Source: Pseudoalteromonas tetraodonis (GTDB lineage: Bacteria > Pseudomonadota > Gammaproteobacteria > Enterobacterales > Alteromonadaceae). From it: a DNA stretch of 32,000 nucleotides. The notes under the pieces were generated by a model. That model ran no database searches, was not told the origin of the DNA, and worked only from the letters and a program-made list of their open reading frames with translations. The translations under genes and the position numbers were made by a program. The DNA lies in assembly GCF_002310835.1 (NCBI RefSeq), contig NZ_CP011042.1, positions 450,001-482,000 of the forward strand, written 5' to 3'. Of this stretch, positions 10,052-18,857 are shown in pieces; the stretch's first letter is position 1; each line of letters opens with the position of its first letter.

Positions 10052-11674
10052 ATGTGGGCTGCAGTCAGTTATCTTGTAACAGCATTAGTATTTATAGTAC
10101 TGGGATTAAAGGTTAATTCTGTTTACTTCGCGGTTGCGTTTTTTTGGACGGCGCTGTCGCTGATATTGGTCAGCGGTGCTTATTTTTTTAATGCGGGAAA
10201 AATATTCAGAAAGCGAGAAAATGGCGTTATCCCTTTTTACATTCGTTGGGCATTTGTTCCTTTTTTGTTAGGTGCACAAATTTATAATGCATGGTCACGC
10301 AAACACGATAAGGTACCCCCAATTCAACAAATAAACGATAATTTATTTTTAGCATGTCGTTTGTTTCCCTCTGATATAGATACATTAAAAGAAAATGGCA
10401 TTACCGCTATTTTAGATGTGACTTGTGAATTTGATGGACTTGAGTGGACATCTACCCAAGAAAATATTAGTTATTTAAACATTCCTGTTCTTGATCATAG
10501 TGTGCCTACTCACTCGCAATTAAACCAGGCAATTAACTGGATCCATCACCATATAAAGAAAGACCGTCGTGTTGTGGTGCATTGTGCATTAGGTCGCGGA
10601 CGTTCGGTGTTTGTTATGGCAGCGTATTTATTGAGTCAAAATAAAGAAGCTGATGTACATGACATTCTTGCTCAAATCAAAGAAACACGTGAAACAGCCA
10701 ATCTTAATAAACGCCAATTACGCCATTTAGTTAAGCGTCATCGCAGGGGGGAGCTACTGATAAAAAATAAAGCATATTTAATTGCTAATCCTGTATCAGG
10801 CACTAAGTTATGGTCTGAAAAAGAGCATTTAATCGTTACACGTTTATCTGCTTATTATGATTTAACCATTTTAAAAACTACACCGGAACAAAACGGCATT
10901 ACATTGGCTAAACAAGCTATAGAGCACGAGCCTGATATTATAATTGCCTGCGGTGGAGATGGCACAGTCACTGAGGTTGCGAGTGTTTTAGTGGGTACGT
11001 CTTGTCGATTAGGAATTATACCGTTGGGGACAGCTAATGCGTTGGCCCATGTGCTGATGGGAATAAAATCTAAATTTATTCCTGTTGAGCAAGCGTGCGA
11101 TTTAATAATTGATGGTCAGACAAACCTGATCGATACCGCATATTGTAATAACGATTTGATGTTATTGCTAATTGGCATTGGCTTTGAGCATGCAATGATT
11201 GAAAAAGCAGATAGAGAGTCGAAAAATAAATCTGGCCAGCTTGCTTATTTAAATGGGTTTTTACATTCCTTTGGCGAGAATAAAGCGCAAAAGCTGATGG
11301 TTAAACTCGATGATAATGAGCCTGAAGCTATTAATACAAATAGCTTTATTGTCGCTAATGCTGCCCCATTTACAACCCTTTTAGCCCAAGGTGGGGGACA
11401 ACCCGACCACCGTGATGGATTATTAGACGTAAACTGGTTAACGCCAAACAAAGACAATGAAACCACAGTATTGAGTATTGCTGAGCTAATGTTTAGCAGT
11501 ATCACGCAAACACATTTTGCTATTAACTCGCATTATACTAACGCAAAACGTGTAGAGATAAGCGCAGATAAAACGCTAGATTATGTAATTGATGGTGAGG
11601 TTAAATCTGCCGATAAAGTGGTAGTGAATATTAACCCTGCTTCATTGAATGTAATATGCCAAGAACAAAACTAA
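10052..11674 (+). CDS. Membrane-anchored fusion protein: N-terminal TM segments + dual-specificity (CX5R) phosphatase domain + DAG-kinase-like (YegS/LCB5-type) lipid kinase domain
   Basis: Probable start is the ATG at 10052, preceded by AAGGAGAG (10041-10048). There are two to three hydrophobic helices in the first ~100 aa. The P-loop VHCALGRGRS is at 10580-10606 and the kinase motif ACGGDGTV (GGDGT at 10952-10966) is followed by GIIPLGTANA. Confidence 0.88.
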   Translation: MWAAVSYLVTALVFIVLGLKVNSVYFAVAFFWTALSLILVSGAYFFNAGKIFRKRENGVIPFYIRWAFVPFLLGAQIYNAWSRKHDKVPPIQQINDNLFLACRLFPSDIDTLKENGITAILDVTCEFDGLEWTSTQENISYLNIPVLDHSVPTHSQLNQAINWIHHHIKKDRRVVVHCALGRGRSVFVMAAYLLSQNKEADVHDILAQIKETRETANLNKRQLRHLVKRHRRGELLIKNKAYLIANPVSGTKLWSEKEHLIVTRLSAYYDLTILKTTPEQNGITLAKQAIEHEPDIIIACGGDGTVTEVASVLVGTSCRLGIIPLGTANALAHVLMGIKSKFIPVEQACDLIIDGQTNLIDTAYCNNDLMLLLIGIGFEHAMIEKADRESKNKSGQLAYLNGFLHSFGENKAQKLMVKLDDNEPEAINTNSFIVANAAPFTTLLAQGGGQPDHRDGLLDVNWLTPNKDNETTVLSIAELMFSSITQTHFAINSHYTNAKRVEISADKTLDYVIDGEVKSADKVVVNINPASLNVICQEQN

Positions 11675-11682
11675 CTGACTAA

Positions 11683-11707
11683 AAATGGCGTAAATATTAC
11701 GCCATTT
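11683..11707. terminator. Bidirectional hairpin terminator between convergent genes
   Basis: AAATGGCGTA / TACGCCATTT perfect stem with an AT-rich loop and A/T runs on both sides. Confidence 0.7.
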
Positions 11708-11716
11708 AGCACTCAT

Positions 11717-12031
11717 TTATTTTTTAATAGAGGGCCATACAAAATCTGATGTATCAGGTTGCGTGGGCTCTGTTGGTTTTGGTTTATTTCTGGGTTTTCG
11801 TAGCGGTTTATTACTCATGGTATGAATATAAAGTGCTTCTACTTTATCTCTTGCCCATGGGGTTTTACGTAAAAATTTTAAGCTTGATTTGATACTCGGA
11901 GAATCAGTAAAGCATTTTATGTTTACTTGTTCACCCATTGCTTTAAAGCCTAAACGTTGCTCTAGTTCTACAAGAATTTGCTCTAAAGTTATCCCATGTA
12001 GCGGGTTTTTTGGTTGATTATTCATAGTCAC
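11717..12031 (-). CDS. Small VF530/DUF2132-like putative DNA-binding protein with a basic Pro/Lys-rich tail
   Basis: NPLHGITLEQILVELEQRLGFKAMGEQVNIKCFTDSPSIKSSLKFLRKTPWARDKVEALY matches my memory of the DUF2132 four-helix family. The C-terminal tail is KPLRKPRNKPKPTEP. Confidence 0.65.
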   Translation of the reverse strand: MTMNNQPKNPLHGITLEQILVELEQRLGFKAMGEQVNIKCFTDSPSIKSSLKFLRKTPWARDKVEALYIHTMSNKPLRKPRNKPKPTEPTQPDTSDFVWPSIKK

Positions 12032-12122
12032 ACTGCTTTTTTAAACTGCATGTATTGTAACGTATCCCACCGCATCTTAATAGTTTGGAGATGGCTGGCA
12101 GATTCCAGATTGTTAATCTTGA

Positions 12123-12425
12123 TTAATTTACAGTAATAGTTGCAGGCTTCTTGGGGTAAATAAGGTTACCTTGCTTATCAAGCTTTAGCCAAATCAATTG
12201 ACTGTTGTTATGTTGGGGGTACTTTGCAGCACAAATAAGCGTAACTGAGTGAACCTGCAGTATAGCTCCTTCGCTGTAACGTTTATTATCATACCAGCAC
12301 TCAGTGTTAGTGTTTATAAGCTGGGTAGCATCAACAATAGGAAGCGTTTTTATTGTGCTAGCGAAGCTTAAAGCTGAAAAACACAAGCATAAAACAGTAA
12401 TAAACGAAGTAAAATAATAACGCAT
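12123..12425 (-). CDS. Small secreted protein, DUF1496-like
   Basis: I prefer the ATG at 12425 (GGAGG upstream on the minus strand), giving MRYYFTSFITVLCLCFSALSFAS as a signal peptide. The mature part contains the Cys-framed motif CWYDNKRYSEGAILQV...LIC, which I recall from DUF1496 proteins. Confidence 0.6.
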   Translation of the reverse strand: MRYYFTSFITVLCLCFSALSFASTIKTLPIVDATQLINTNTECWYDNKRYSEGAILQVHSVTLICAAKYPQHNNSQLIWLKLDKQGNLIYPKKPATITVN

Positions 12426-12527
12426 CAAAAACCTCCAGTGTTTAAAATAAGTACACTTAGCAAAAAACATGCTAGGGTAAGTAAGACAATATAAGTAAAA
12501 CACAGAACAATAAAAAGGTGAACTGAT

Positions 12528-12761
12528 ATGCTATTTAATCAAACCATGATTGACGAATTTACACTACTAGCAAAATTTCCACGCGAGAGCAAAATGCAGG
12601 GAATTAAACTTCATTCAGACGCTGAACCCGCCTTACTAAGCGCAGCACAACGTTTGTTCGATAAAGGGGTTATAGATAGCCCAGATGGCGGTTATTTAAC
12701 CGAACTGGGCTTAGATTTAATTGAGCATGTGACGGTAATACACAGTGCACTTAAAAGTTAA
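12528..12761 (+). CDS. Small conserved hypothetical protein (77 aa)
   Basis: AAGGTG lies upstream and the coding composition is clean. It may belong to the gammaproteobacterial TIGR02647-type family, but I cannot verify this. Its stop is 9 nt from the convergent maiA stop. Confidence 0.5.
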   Translation: MLFNQTMIDEFTLLAKFPRESKMQGIKLHSDAEPALLSAAQRLFDKGVIDSPDGGYLTELGLDLIEHVTVIHSALKS

Positions 12762-12770
12762 TTTACTCTA

Positions 12771-13400
12771 TTAGTTTGCATCAGGTTGATTTTCAGGGGC
12801 TGCATCAATAAAGGCTGCCAACTCATTACAACGCTGATATATGGCTGCTATTTTAGGGTAGGCAGCCATATCTACTTTAAAACGAATGGCATTAAATACC
12901 TGCGGTACTAAACATACATCAGCTAAGCTTGGCGACTCGCCTGCGCAAAATGTATTTTTACTATCGAGCATGCGTTCTATTTTTTCAAAACCCACTTCAA
13001 CCCAGTGGCGGTACCATTTATTTTTTGCTTCATCATCAACATTGAGTTCACTACTTAAATACTTAAGCACACGTAAATTATCAATCGGGTGAATATCACA
13101 CGCAATTGCATAACTTAAATTGCGAATATGTGCTTTTTGCCATGCATTACCAGGCAGTAATGGTGTTTCAGGGTATTGCTCTTCAAGGTACTCTAAAATT
13201 GCTAGAGATTGACCTAATACGCCGTCTTCCGTTTCTAAAGCAGGTAAAAGTCCTTGGGGGTTTTTCTGTAAGTAATCTGTGCTTTGTTGCTCTGATTTTA
13301 GTAAGTTTACCGGCACCAACTGGTGATCAATATTTTTTAGGTTTAATGCGATGCGCACACGATACGCTGCAGATGAGCGAAAATAAGTATAAAGCTTCAT
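12771..13400 (-). CDS. maiA: Maleylacetoacetate isomerase (zeta-class glutathione S-transferase)
   Basis: N-terminus MKLYTYFRSSAAYRVRIALNLKNI, then QKNPQGLLPAL and SLAILEYLEE. 209 aa, starting 7 nt downstream of hmgA. Confidence 0.92.
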   Translation of the reverse strand: MKLYTYFRSSAAYRVRIALNLKNIDHQLVPVNLLKSEQQSTDYLQKNPQGLLPALETEDGVLGQSLAILEYLEEQYPETPLLPGNAWQKAHIRNLSYAIACDIHPIDNLRVLKYLSSELNVDDEAKNKWYRHWVEVGFEKIERMLDSKNTFCAGESPSLADVCLVPQVFNAIRFKVDMAAYPKIAAIYQRCNELAAFIDAAPENQPDAN

Positions 13401-13407
13401 AATCTAA

Positions 13408-14709
13408 TTACCCTTGATTGCCGTTAAAGTGTTTTTTAATTGTGCGCCAGCAGTCAGTGTAATTAGCTTGACGCTCTTTACCTTCTAATGCGTATTTAGT
13501 TGGCGATATTACATAACGTGACTCAAACATAAACGCCAGCGTATTATCGTAGCGTTGTGGTTCTAAGTCCGCATTTGACGCTTTTTCAAATACATCCGCC
13601 TCAGGACCATGCGGCGACATACAGTTATGTAAGCTCATCCCTCCAGGTACAAAACCATGCTCTTTTGCATCATAAACGCCTTCGATTAAACCCATAAACT
13701 CACTCATAATATTACGGTGATAGTAAGGCGGGCGGAAGGTGTTTTCAGCCACCATCCAACGCGGTGGGAAAATAGCAAAATCGATATTTGCAACGCCTTC
13801 AGTGCCTGATGGCGAGGTTAGTACCGTGAAAATTGATGGATCGGGGTGATCAAAGCTAACGGTATTCATGACATTAAAGCGAGCTAAGTCGTATTTGTAA
13901 GGCGCACTATTGCCTGTCCAAGCAACAACATCAAGAGGAGAATGACCAATATCACAACGAAACATATTGCCATTAAATTTAGCAATCAGTTCAAATTCGC
14001 CTTCGATGTCTTCAAAAGCCGCTACTGGATATTGAAAGTCGCGGTCGTTAGCGTAACCATTTGCGCCAACAGGACCGCGCTCAGCAAGAACATAAGCATG
14101 GCCGTAGTTTTCACAAATGTACCCACGGGCTGTGTCAGTTAATAATTGAACCTGAAACTTAATGCCGCGCGGAATGACCGCAATTTCACCGGCTTTAATA
14201 CTTAAATGCCCACACTCAGTTTTAAGTAATAACTCGCCGTGTTGTGGTACAAATAACATTTCGCCATCGGCGTTATAAAAAAAGCGTTTGTCCATTGATT
14301 TGTTGGCGACATAAACATGAATGCCAATACCGGCTTGCCCATTGGCGCTGCCATTTGCAGCCATAGTGATTAAGCCATCAATAAAATCAGTAGGTGCTGC
14401 TGGTATATCAATGGGATCCCAACGAAGCATGGTGGGCGGCGTGGGCACTTCAGTAATAGGTGCTGTTCTAATTAAGCCATTGTCTATGGCTGTGTAATCG
14501 CCTTGTACAACTGATGGACGAATACGGTACATCCACGTGCGGCGGTTATCGGCGCGCGGAGCGGTAAATGCAGTGGTACTAAATTGCTCTGCGTATAAAT
14601 CGTATTTTACTTTTTGCGGGCTAAATTGCCCTATCGGTAATGCACCAGGCAGCGCTTCGGTTTCAAATTCATTACCAAAGCCGGTCATATAGTTTAATTG
14701 TGTCGCCAT
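13408..14709 (-). CDS. hmgA: Homogentisate 1,2-dioxygenase
   Basis: 433 aa with [26 protein letters not shown] at the N-terminus. The cupin core and C-terminal blocks ([28 protein letters not shown]) are characteristic. Confidence 0.96.
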   Translation of the reverse strand: MATQLNYMTGFGNEFETEALPGALPIGQFSPQKVKYDLYAEQFSTTAFTAPRADNRRTWMYRIRPSVVQGDYTAIDNGLIRTAPITEVPTPPTMLRWDPIDIPAAPTDFIDGLITMAANGSANGQAGIGIHVYVANKSMDKRFFYNADGEMLFVPQHGELLLKTECGHLSIKAGEIAVIPRGIKFQVQLLTDTARGYICENYGHAYVLAERGPVGANGYANDRDFQYPVAAFEDIEGEFELIAKFNGNMFRCDIGHSPLDVVAWTGNSAPYKYDLARFNVMNTVSFDHPDPSIFTVLTSPSGTEGVANIDFAIFPPRWMVAENTFRPPYYHRNIMSEFMGLIEGVYDAKEHGFVPGGMSLHNCMSPHGPEADVFEKASNADLEPQRYDNTLAFMFESRYVISPTKYALEGKERQANYTDCWRTIKKHFNGNQG

Positions 14710-14808
14710 TACTGACTCCTGTGAAAGTGGGGGAGTGTTATATTTTTGTTATTTACGCTAAGATACTCTCAAGTGAGACTAATATCAAACACACTGATTA
14801 TGACCCTT

Positions 14809-14855
14809 GTAAATAAAAGTGAACAAATAAAAGTCGTATGTAAATAAATAAGTGA
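14809..14855. repeat. Three tandem AAATAAA(A/ATA)AGT-type direct repeats in the hmgA / MarR divergent region
   Basis: GTAAATAAAAGTGA (14809-14822), ACAAATAAAAGTCG (14823-14836), GTAAATAAATAAGTGA (14840-14855). The last unit ends 6 nt before the MarR ATG. Confidence 0.45.
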
Positions 14856-14861
14856 TTCAAT

Positions 14862-15293
14862 ATGAAAATAGATTTAACGACATTTTTGCCTTACCAATTA
14901 ACACACTTAGCAACACAGGTAAGTAATGATTTTTCGAGTATTTATAAAAAAGAGTTTGATTTAACTATTCCTCAGTGGCGAATAATGGCTAATTTAGCGC
15001 AATCAGGCCAAAGCACAGCTAAGCAATTATGCATTCAAGCAGATATGGATAAGTCGACAGTATCAAGGGCAGTAAAAACGCTAATTGATGAAGGGCTTAT
15101 TTATAGCGAGTTAAATAAGCATGATAAGCGCGCTGCATTTTTGATGCTAAGTGATAAGGGCATGGCTTTATATGAAAAAATAACGCCACAAGCATTGCAG
15201 TGGGAGCGTGCATTATTAAGCTGCCTGTCGGATGCTGAACAGCATCAGCTAATCGCAATTTTTGATAAATTAAAAAATAAATTACAGGCATAA
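14862..15293 (+). CDS. MarR-family transcriptional regulator, divergent from hmgA-maiA
   Basis: 143 aa with the winged-helix core LTIPQWRIMANLAQSGQSTAKQLCIQADMDKSTVSRAVKTLIDEGLI...DKRA. Confidence 0.9.
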   Translation: MKIDLTTFLPYQLTHLATQVSNDFSSIYKKEFDLTIPQWRIMANLAQSGQSTAKQLCIQADMDKSTVSRAVKTLIDEGLIYSELNKHDKRAAFLMLSDKGMALYEKITPQALQWERALLSCLSDAEQHQLIAIFDKLKNKLQA

Positions 15294-15316
15294 AAAAGCC
15301 CACAAAGTGGGCTTTT
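15294..15316. terminator. Bidirectional rho-independent terminator
   Basis: AAAAGCCCAC aaa GTGGGCTTTT directly after the MarR stop and 25 nt from the convergent TonB-receptor stop. Confidence 0.85.
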
Positions 15317-15341
15317 AAATACACTAATTTAATCAATCAAA

Positions 15342-18300
15342 TTAGAACGTGTAACGAACACCTACACGCATTTCCCATAAAGACGCATCGCGTTGTACAG
15401 ACTGTTCAGCACTACGTGCACTGAAGTTTGAGTAAACGTATTGACCTTGGTCATTAATATTTACTTCAACCATCTTATTACCCACGAAAGAGCCTTTTCT
15501 TAATACACCCCAATCATCGTTTAACATATTCGTTAAGTTATCGATTACGAAGAATGCTTCACCTTTATGGCCATCCATAAAGCCAGGTACTTCTTGAGTG
15601 ATTTTAAAGTTAAATTTAACGAACCAATCAGAGTTCTGTTGGTTACGACCAGTGATTTCACCACGTTTAAGACCTTCAGATGCGATAAAGTCATTAAACT
15701 CATTGATTTCATCAGCACTCATGTTGTAGACAACGTTTGGATCATTTTCAAGTGGTACATACAATAATTGACGCGCGCCATTAGAGTTTCTATCACCAAA
15801 TTGAATATCGCCCGCACCCGTGTCGCGATTACTCTTGTAGGTAAAGCTATATGGTAAACCTTTGTATGCTTCACCAAATAGGTTAAAGCGGGTGTTATAA
15901 CCATCGAAGAACTCGTGTTTATAACCTAGGTTTAATGTAAAGCGATGTGGGATTTCGTAATCAGATGATGCCACGCCAGGGTTACCTGGGTTTGATGTTG
16001 CTAGGTTACCGTAGTTTGAGCTGGCTACAGAGCTAGTCATTGGGTTTACATCATCTGCATCAGTGTAAGCGTATGAGAACTGAACGCTAACGCCATTATC
16101 AAACGCTTTACTTACTGCAGCAGATATAATTGAAGACTCACCACTATCACCATTCACATTTGTTAGTAATAGTTCACCACTACGATATTTACCTGGATTT
16201 AATGGATCTTCTTTTCTTTCATAGATAGGACGACCATCAAAAGTAGTTTTACCAGAATCTTGTAAAGCAATATCTACAAGAGTCGCTGCATCTCGCTTCT
16301 TAGTGTAAAGGTAATCCAAAGCAATAACATAGTCGTTTTCTGTAGTATATGTAGCACCTAAAGAGTACTTCCACTCTGATGGGATTTCAAAGTTAGGATC
16401 TACCGCGTTTGTTGTAGCATCACCCGAACCAATTTCAGTATTTGCTACTTTATCAAACATATCTTGTGGAACGTCGTAACCTGGAGTACCACCATTTACA
16501 TTTGGCGTATCAAATAGGTCAACTAGAGTGACTTCATCATCACCAGAACCAACTTTATAAGAATTACTGATATCGCTGATATAAGCACCAATATTGGTGA
16601 TACCATCATTTGAATATGAGTTAGACAACCATACATTAGGGTTACCGCCTGAGAACAAACCAACACCCGCACGTACTTCTAGTGCATCGGTTGCATACCA
16701 CTCAAAACCTACGCGTGGTTGAATTAAATCAATACCGTCAAACGTTGACTGATTGCTAAAACCGTAACGATTAGTGAAATTCTGATTTAATGTTGGTTTG
16801 TCATCGCTTGAATAGCTGTCGTAACGAAGACCAAATGTTAATGATGCATCGATATCTGAAAAGCTGTATTCATCTTGTACATAAAATGTATTTTGTGAAT
16901 AAGCAAAGTTAGCAGCTGCATCATTTGGGTTATTCGTACTTGCAGAGTTATTATAATAAACTGCATTAGCAATCCCATTTCTGTATGCGTCAATCGAAGC
17001 AAAACGCCATTCACCTTCAGTATGTTGTACGAATTGGTTAAATACTTCTAACTTTTCATACTCAAAACCAGCGGTAATCGTGTGCTGATCAAGGTAGTAG
17101 GTACCTGAGAATTTAGCTGTTGTGGTATCGTAGTTTAAATCATTTGATTGACGAGAGTCATCAGGACCAACGTACACCGTGGCATTATCTGTGCTGATTT
17201 GGAACTCACCAAAACCGCTTGCTGCGTCTAAAGATTGAACGCGAGCGTCAAGCTCTGATTTACCTAAACGAACTTCAGTTGAAAAGTTGTCATTCCAATC
17301 AGAGTAAAGTGATGCAACGATTGAAGTGAACTCTGCGCCTTGCTCATAAAAGTGGCTGTCAAATGCGAGCTCATCACCATCTGCATCTGATTGCGATAAA
17401 GTAAAGCCATCATTGTAGTTATAAATTAGGTTAGCACGGTGGTCATCGTTGATGTTCCAATCTAGCTTCACTAAGATTTTTTCATCTTCTACTGGTGAGC
17501 TAGCTGGTGTTGCACCGGCTTCGTAACCATAAACATCACGTGTAATTTGTTTAATTTCATCAATTTCTGCAGAAGACACTAAAGATGAATAGTTAAACTG
17601 TTTAACACCTTCAAGTTTTTCGTAAGAAGTGAAAAGGAACAGCGTGTCATTAATTAGCGGTAAACCAACATTAAAGCCATAACGTTTTTCACTGTAATCG
17701 CCGTTATCAACGTCATTACCTTCAATCTTATCGCCTTTCATCGAATCGTTAGTGTAATCGTAGAATACACCACCGTGAATGTCGTTGCCGCCAGATTTGG
17801 TAACTGCATTGATGTTACATGATGTAAAACCACCATATTGAACATCAAAAGGGGCTAATTCTACCGCTACTTGCTCGATTGAATCAAAAGAGAACGGAGC
17901 GCGAATAGTAGGGTAACCGTTTGAGCTTAAACCAAAGTTATCGTTCATGCGAACGCCATCAAGGGTTAAGCTGTTAAAACGTGGATTACCACCACCACAG
18001 TTGATTGAACCACGGCTATCATCGATAGCAACGCGAGGGTCAATACGAATAATATCTTTTAAATCACGGTTAATAGCTGGTTGATTTTCAAGATCGCTTA
18101 ATGTGAATGTTGAAGCAGGACCCGTACCACCAGACATAGTGCTAATAGGACGACCAGTTACTACAATTTGTTCAACATCTGAGATATTTTCAAGTGAAGT
18201 ATTAACAGGGTAGTCGCTACCAATGTTCAAGATAATATTATTGAACTCTTGGTCAGCGTAGATGTCTGAGTCTACAATTACTTTGTAAGGGCCGCCAACG

Positions 18301-18530
18301 CGAAGACCTTTAGCAGTAAAGTAACCAGCGTCATTTACTTCAGTTGTTTTAACAGAGCCTGAAGGAACATGTAAAATAGTAATTTTAGTTCCTGCAGCAG
18401 GGTTACCGTTAGGACCCTTTATTTGACCTTTAATTGCAGAGGTTGTTTCGTTTGCAATTGCAGCACCACTCACACCAACACATGCTGCTATAGCAAGTGA
18501 TAGAGCTGTTTTGCGAAGTTGAATTTTCAT
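15342..18530 (-). CDS. TonB-dependent outer-membrane receptor, Oar-like (N-terminal carboxypeptidase-regulatory-like domain + plug + large barrel)
   Basis: 1062 aa with a signal peptide (...GAAIANE). An Ig-like domain (GQIKGPNGNPAAGTKITILH...GLRVGGPYKV) precedes the plug start EQIVVTGRP. NAVTKSGGN is present and the C-terminus is RVGVRYTF (terminal Phe). Confidence 0.93.
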   Translation of the reverse strand: MKIQLRKTALSLAIAACVGVSGAAIANETTSAIKGQIKGPNGNPAAGTKITILHVPSGSVKTTEVNDAGYFTAKGLRVGGPYKVIVDSDIYADQEFNNIILNIGSDYPVNTSLENISDVEQIVVTGRPISTMSGGTGPASTFTLSDLENQPAINRDLKDIIRIDPRVAIDDSRGSINCGGGNPRFNSLTLDGVRMNDNFGLSSNGYPTIRAPFSFDSIEQVAVELAPFDVQYGGFTSCNINAVTKSGGNDIHGGVFYDYTNDSMKGDKIEGNDVDNGDYSEKRYGFNVGLPLINDTLFLFTSYEKLEGVKQFNYSSLVSSAEIDEIKQITRDVYGYEAGATPASSPVEDEKILVKLDWNINDDHRANLIYNYNDGFTLSQSDADGDELAFDSHFYEQGAEFTSIVASLYSDWNDNFSTEVRLGKSELDARVQSLDAASGFGEFQISTDNATVYVGPDDSRQSNDLNYDTTTAKFSGTYYLDQHTITAGFEYEKLEVFNQFVQHTEGEWRFASIDAYRNGIANAVYYNNSASTNNPNDAAANFAYSQNTFYVQDEYSFSDIDASLTFGLRYDSYSSDDKPTLNQNFTNRYGFSNQSTFDGIDLIQPRVGFEWYATDALEVRAGVGLFSGGNPNVWLSNSYSNDGITNIGAYISDISNSYKVGSGDDEVTLVDLFDTPNVNGGTPGYDVPQDMFDKVANTEIGSGDATTNAVDPNFEIPSEWKYSLGATYTTENDYVIALDYLYTKKRDAATLVDIALQDSGKTTFDGRPIYERKEDPLNPGKYRSGELLLTNVNGDSGESSIISAAVSKAFDNGVSVQFSYAYTDADDVNPMTSSVASSNYGNLATSNPGNPGVASSDYEIPHRFTLNLGYKHEFFDGYNTRFNLFGEAYKGLPYSFTYKSNRDTGAGDIQFGDRNSNGARQLLYVPLENDPNVVYNMSADEINEFNDFIASEGLKRGEITGRNQQNSDWFVKFNFKITQEVPGFMDGHKGEAFFVIDNLTNMLNDDWGVLRKGSFVGNKMVEVNINDQGQYVYSNFSARSAEQSVQRDASLWEMRVGVRYTF

Positions 18531-18790
18531 TTTATTTTCCCGTGTAGTTAAATAAACTTTTAATAGCTTTTTTATTTTAATTTTGGATTAAGCGACCGCA
18601 AAATACACTTAACCCAAAATACTTACATAGTGTACCTCATTTGTTTGTTACAAATAAAATACAACTGTAATTTTTTTATTATAAAACACTTTATTTATGA
18701 AATTTAGCATTTTATCTATGTTTCAATATTTTACCGTGCAAATAGTAAGTAGTTTTTATGACAAACAGATGAAAAGTGATTTTTTCCATA

Positions 18791-18824
18791 AAAAAAGCCA
18801 TTACATTCATGTAATGGCTTTTTT
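18791..18824 (-). terminator. Rho-independent terminator of the upstream TonB-receptor gene
   Basis: GCCATTACA / TGTAATGGC stem flanked by A6 and T6, located 34 nt downstream (minus strand) of the stop at 18858. Confidence 0.85.
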
Positions 18825-18857
18825 AATTTTACGAGTTTTTGATGTACAGGCTATGTA

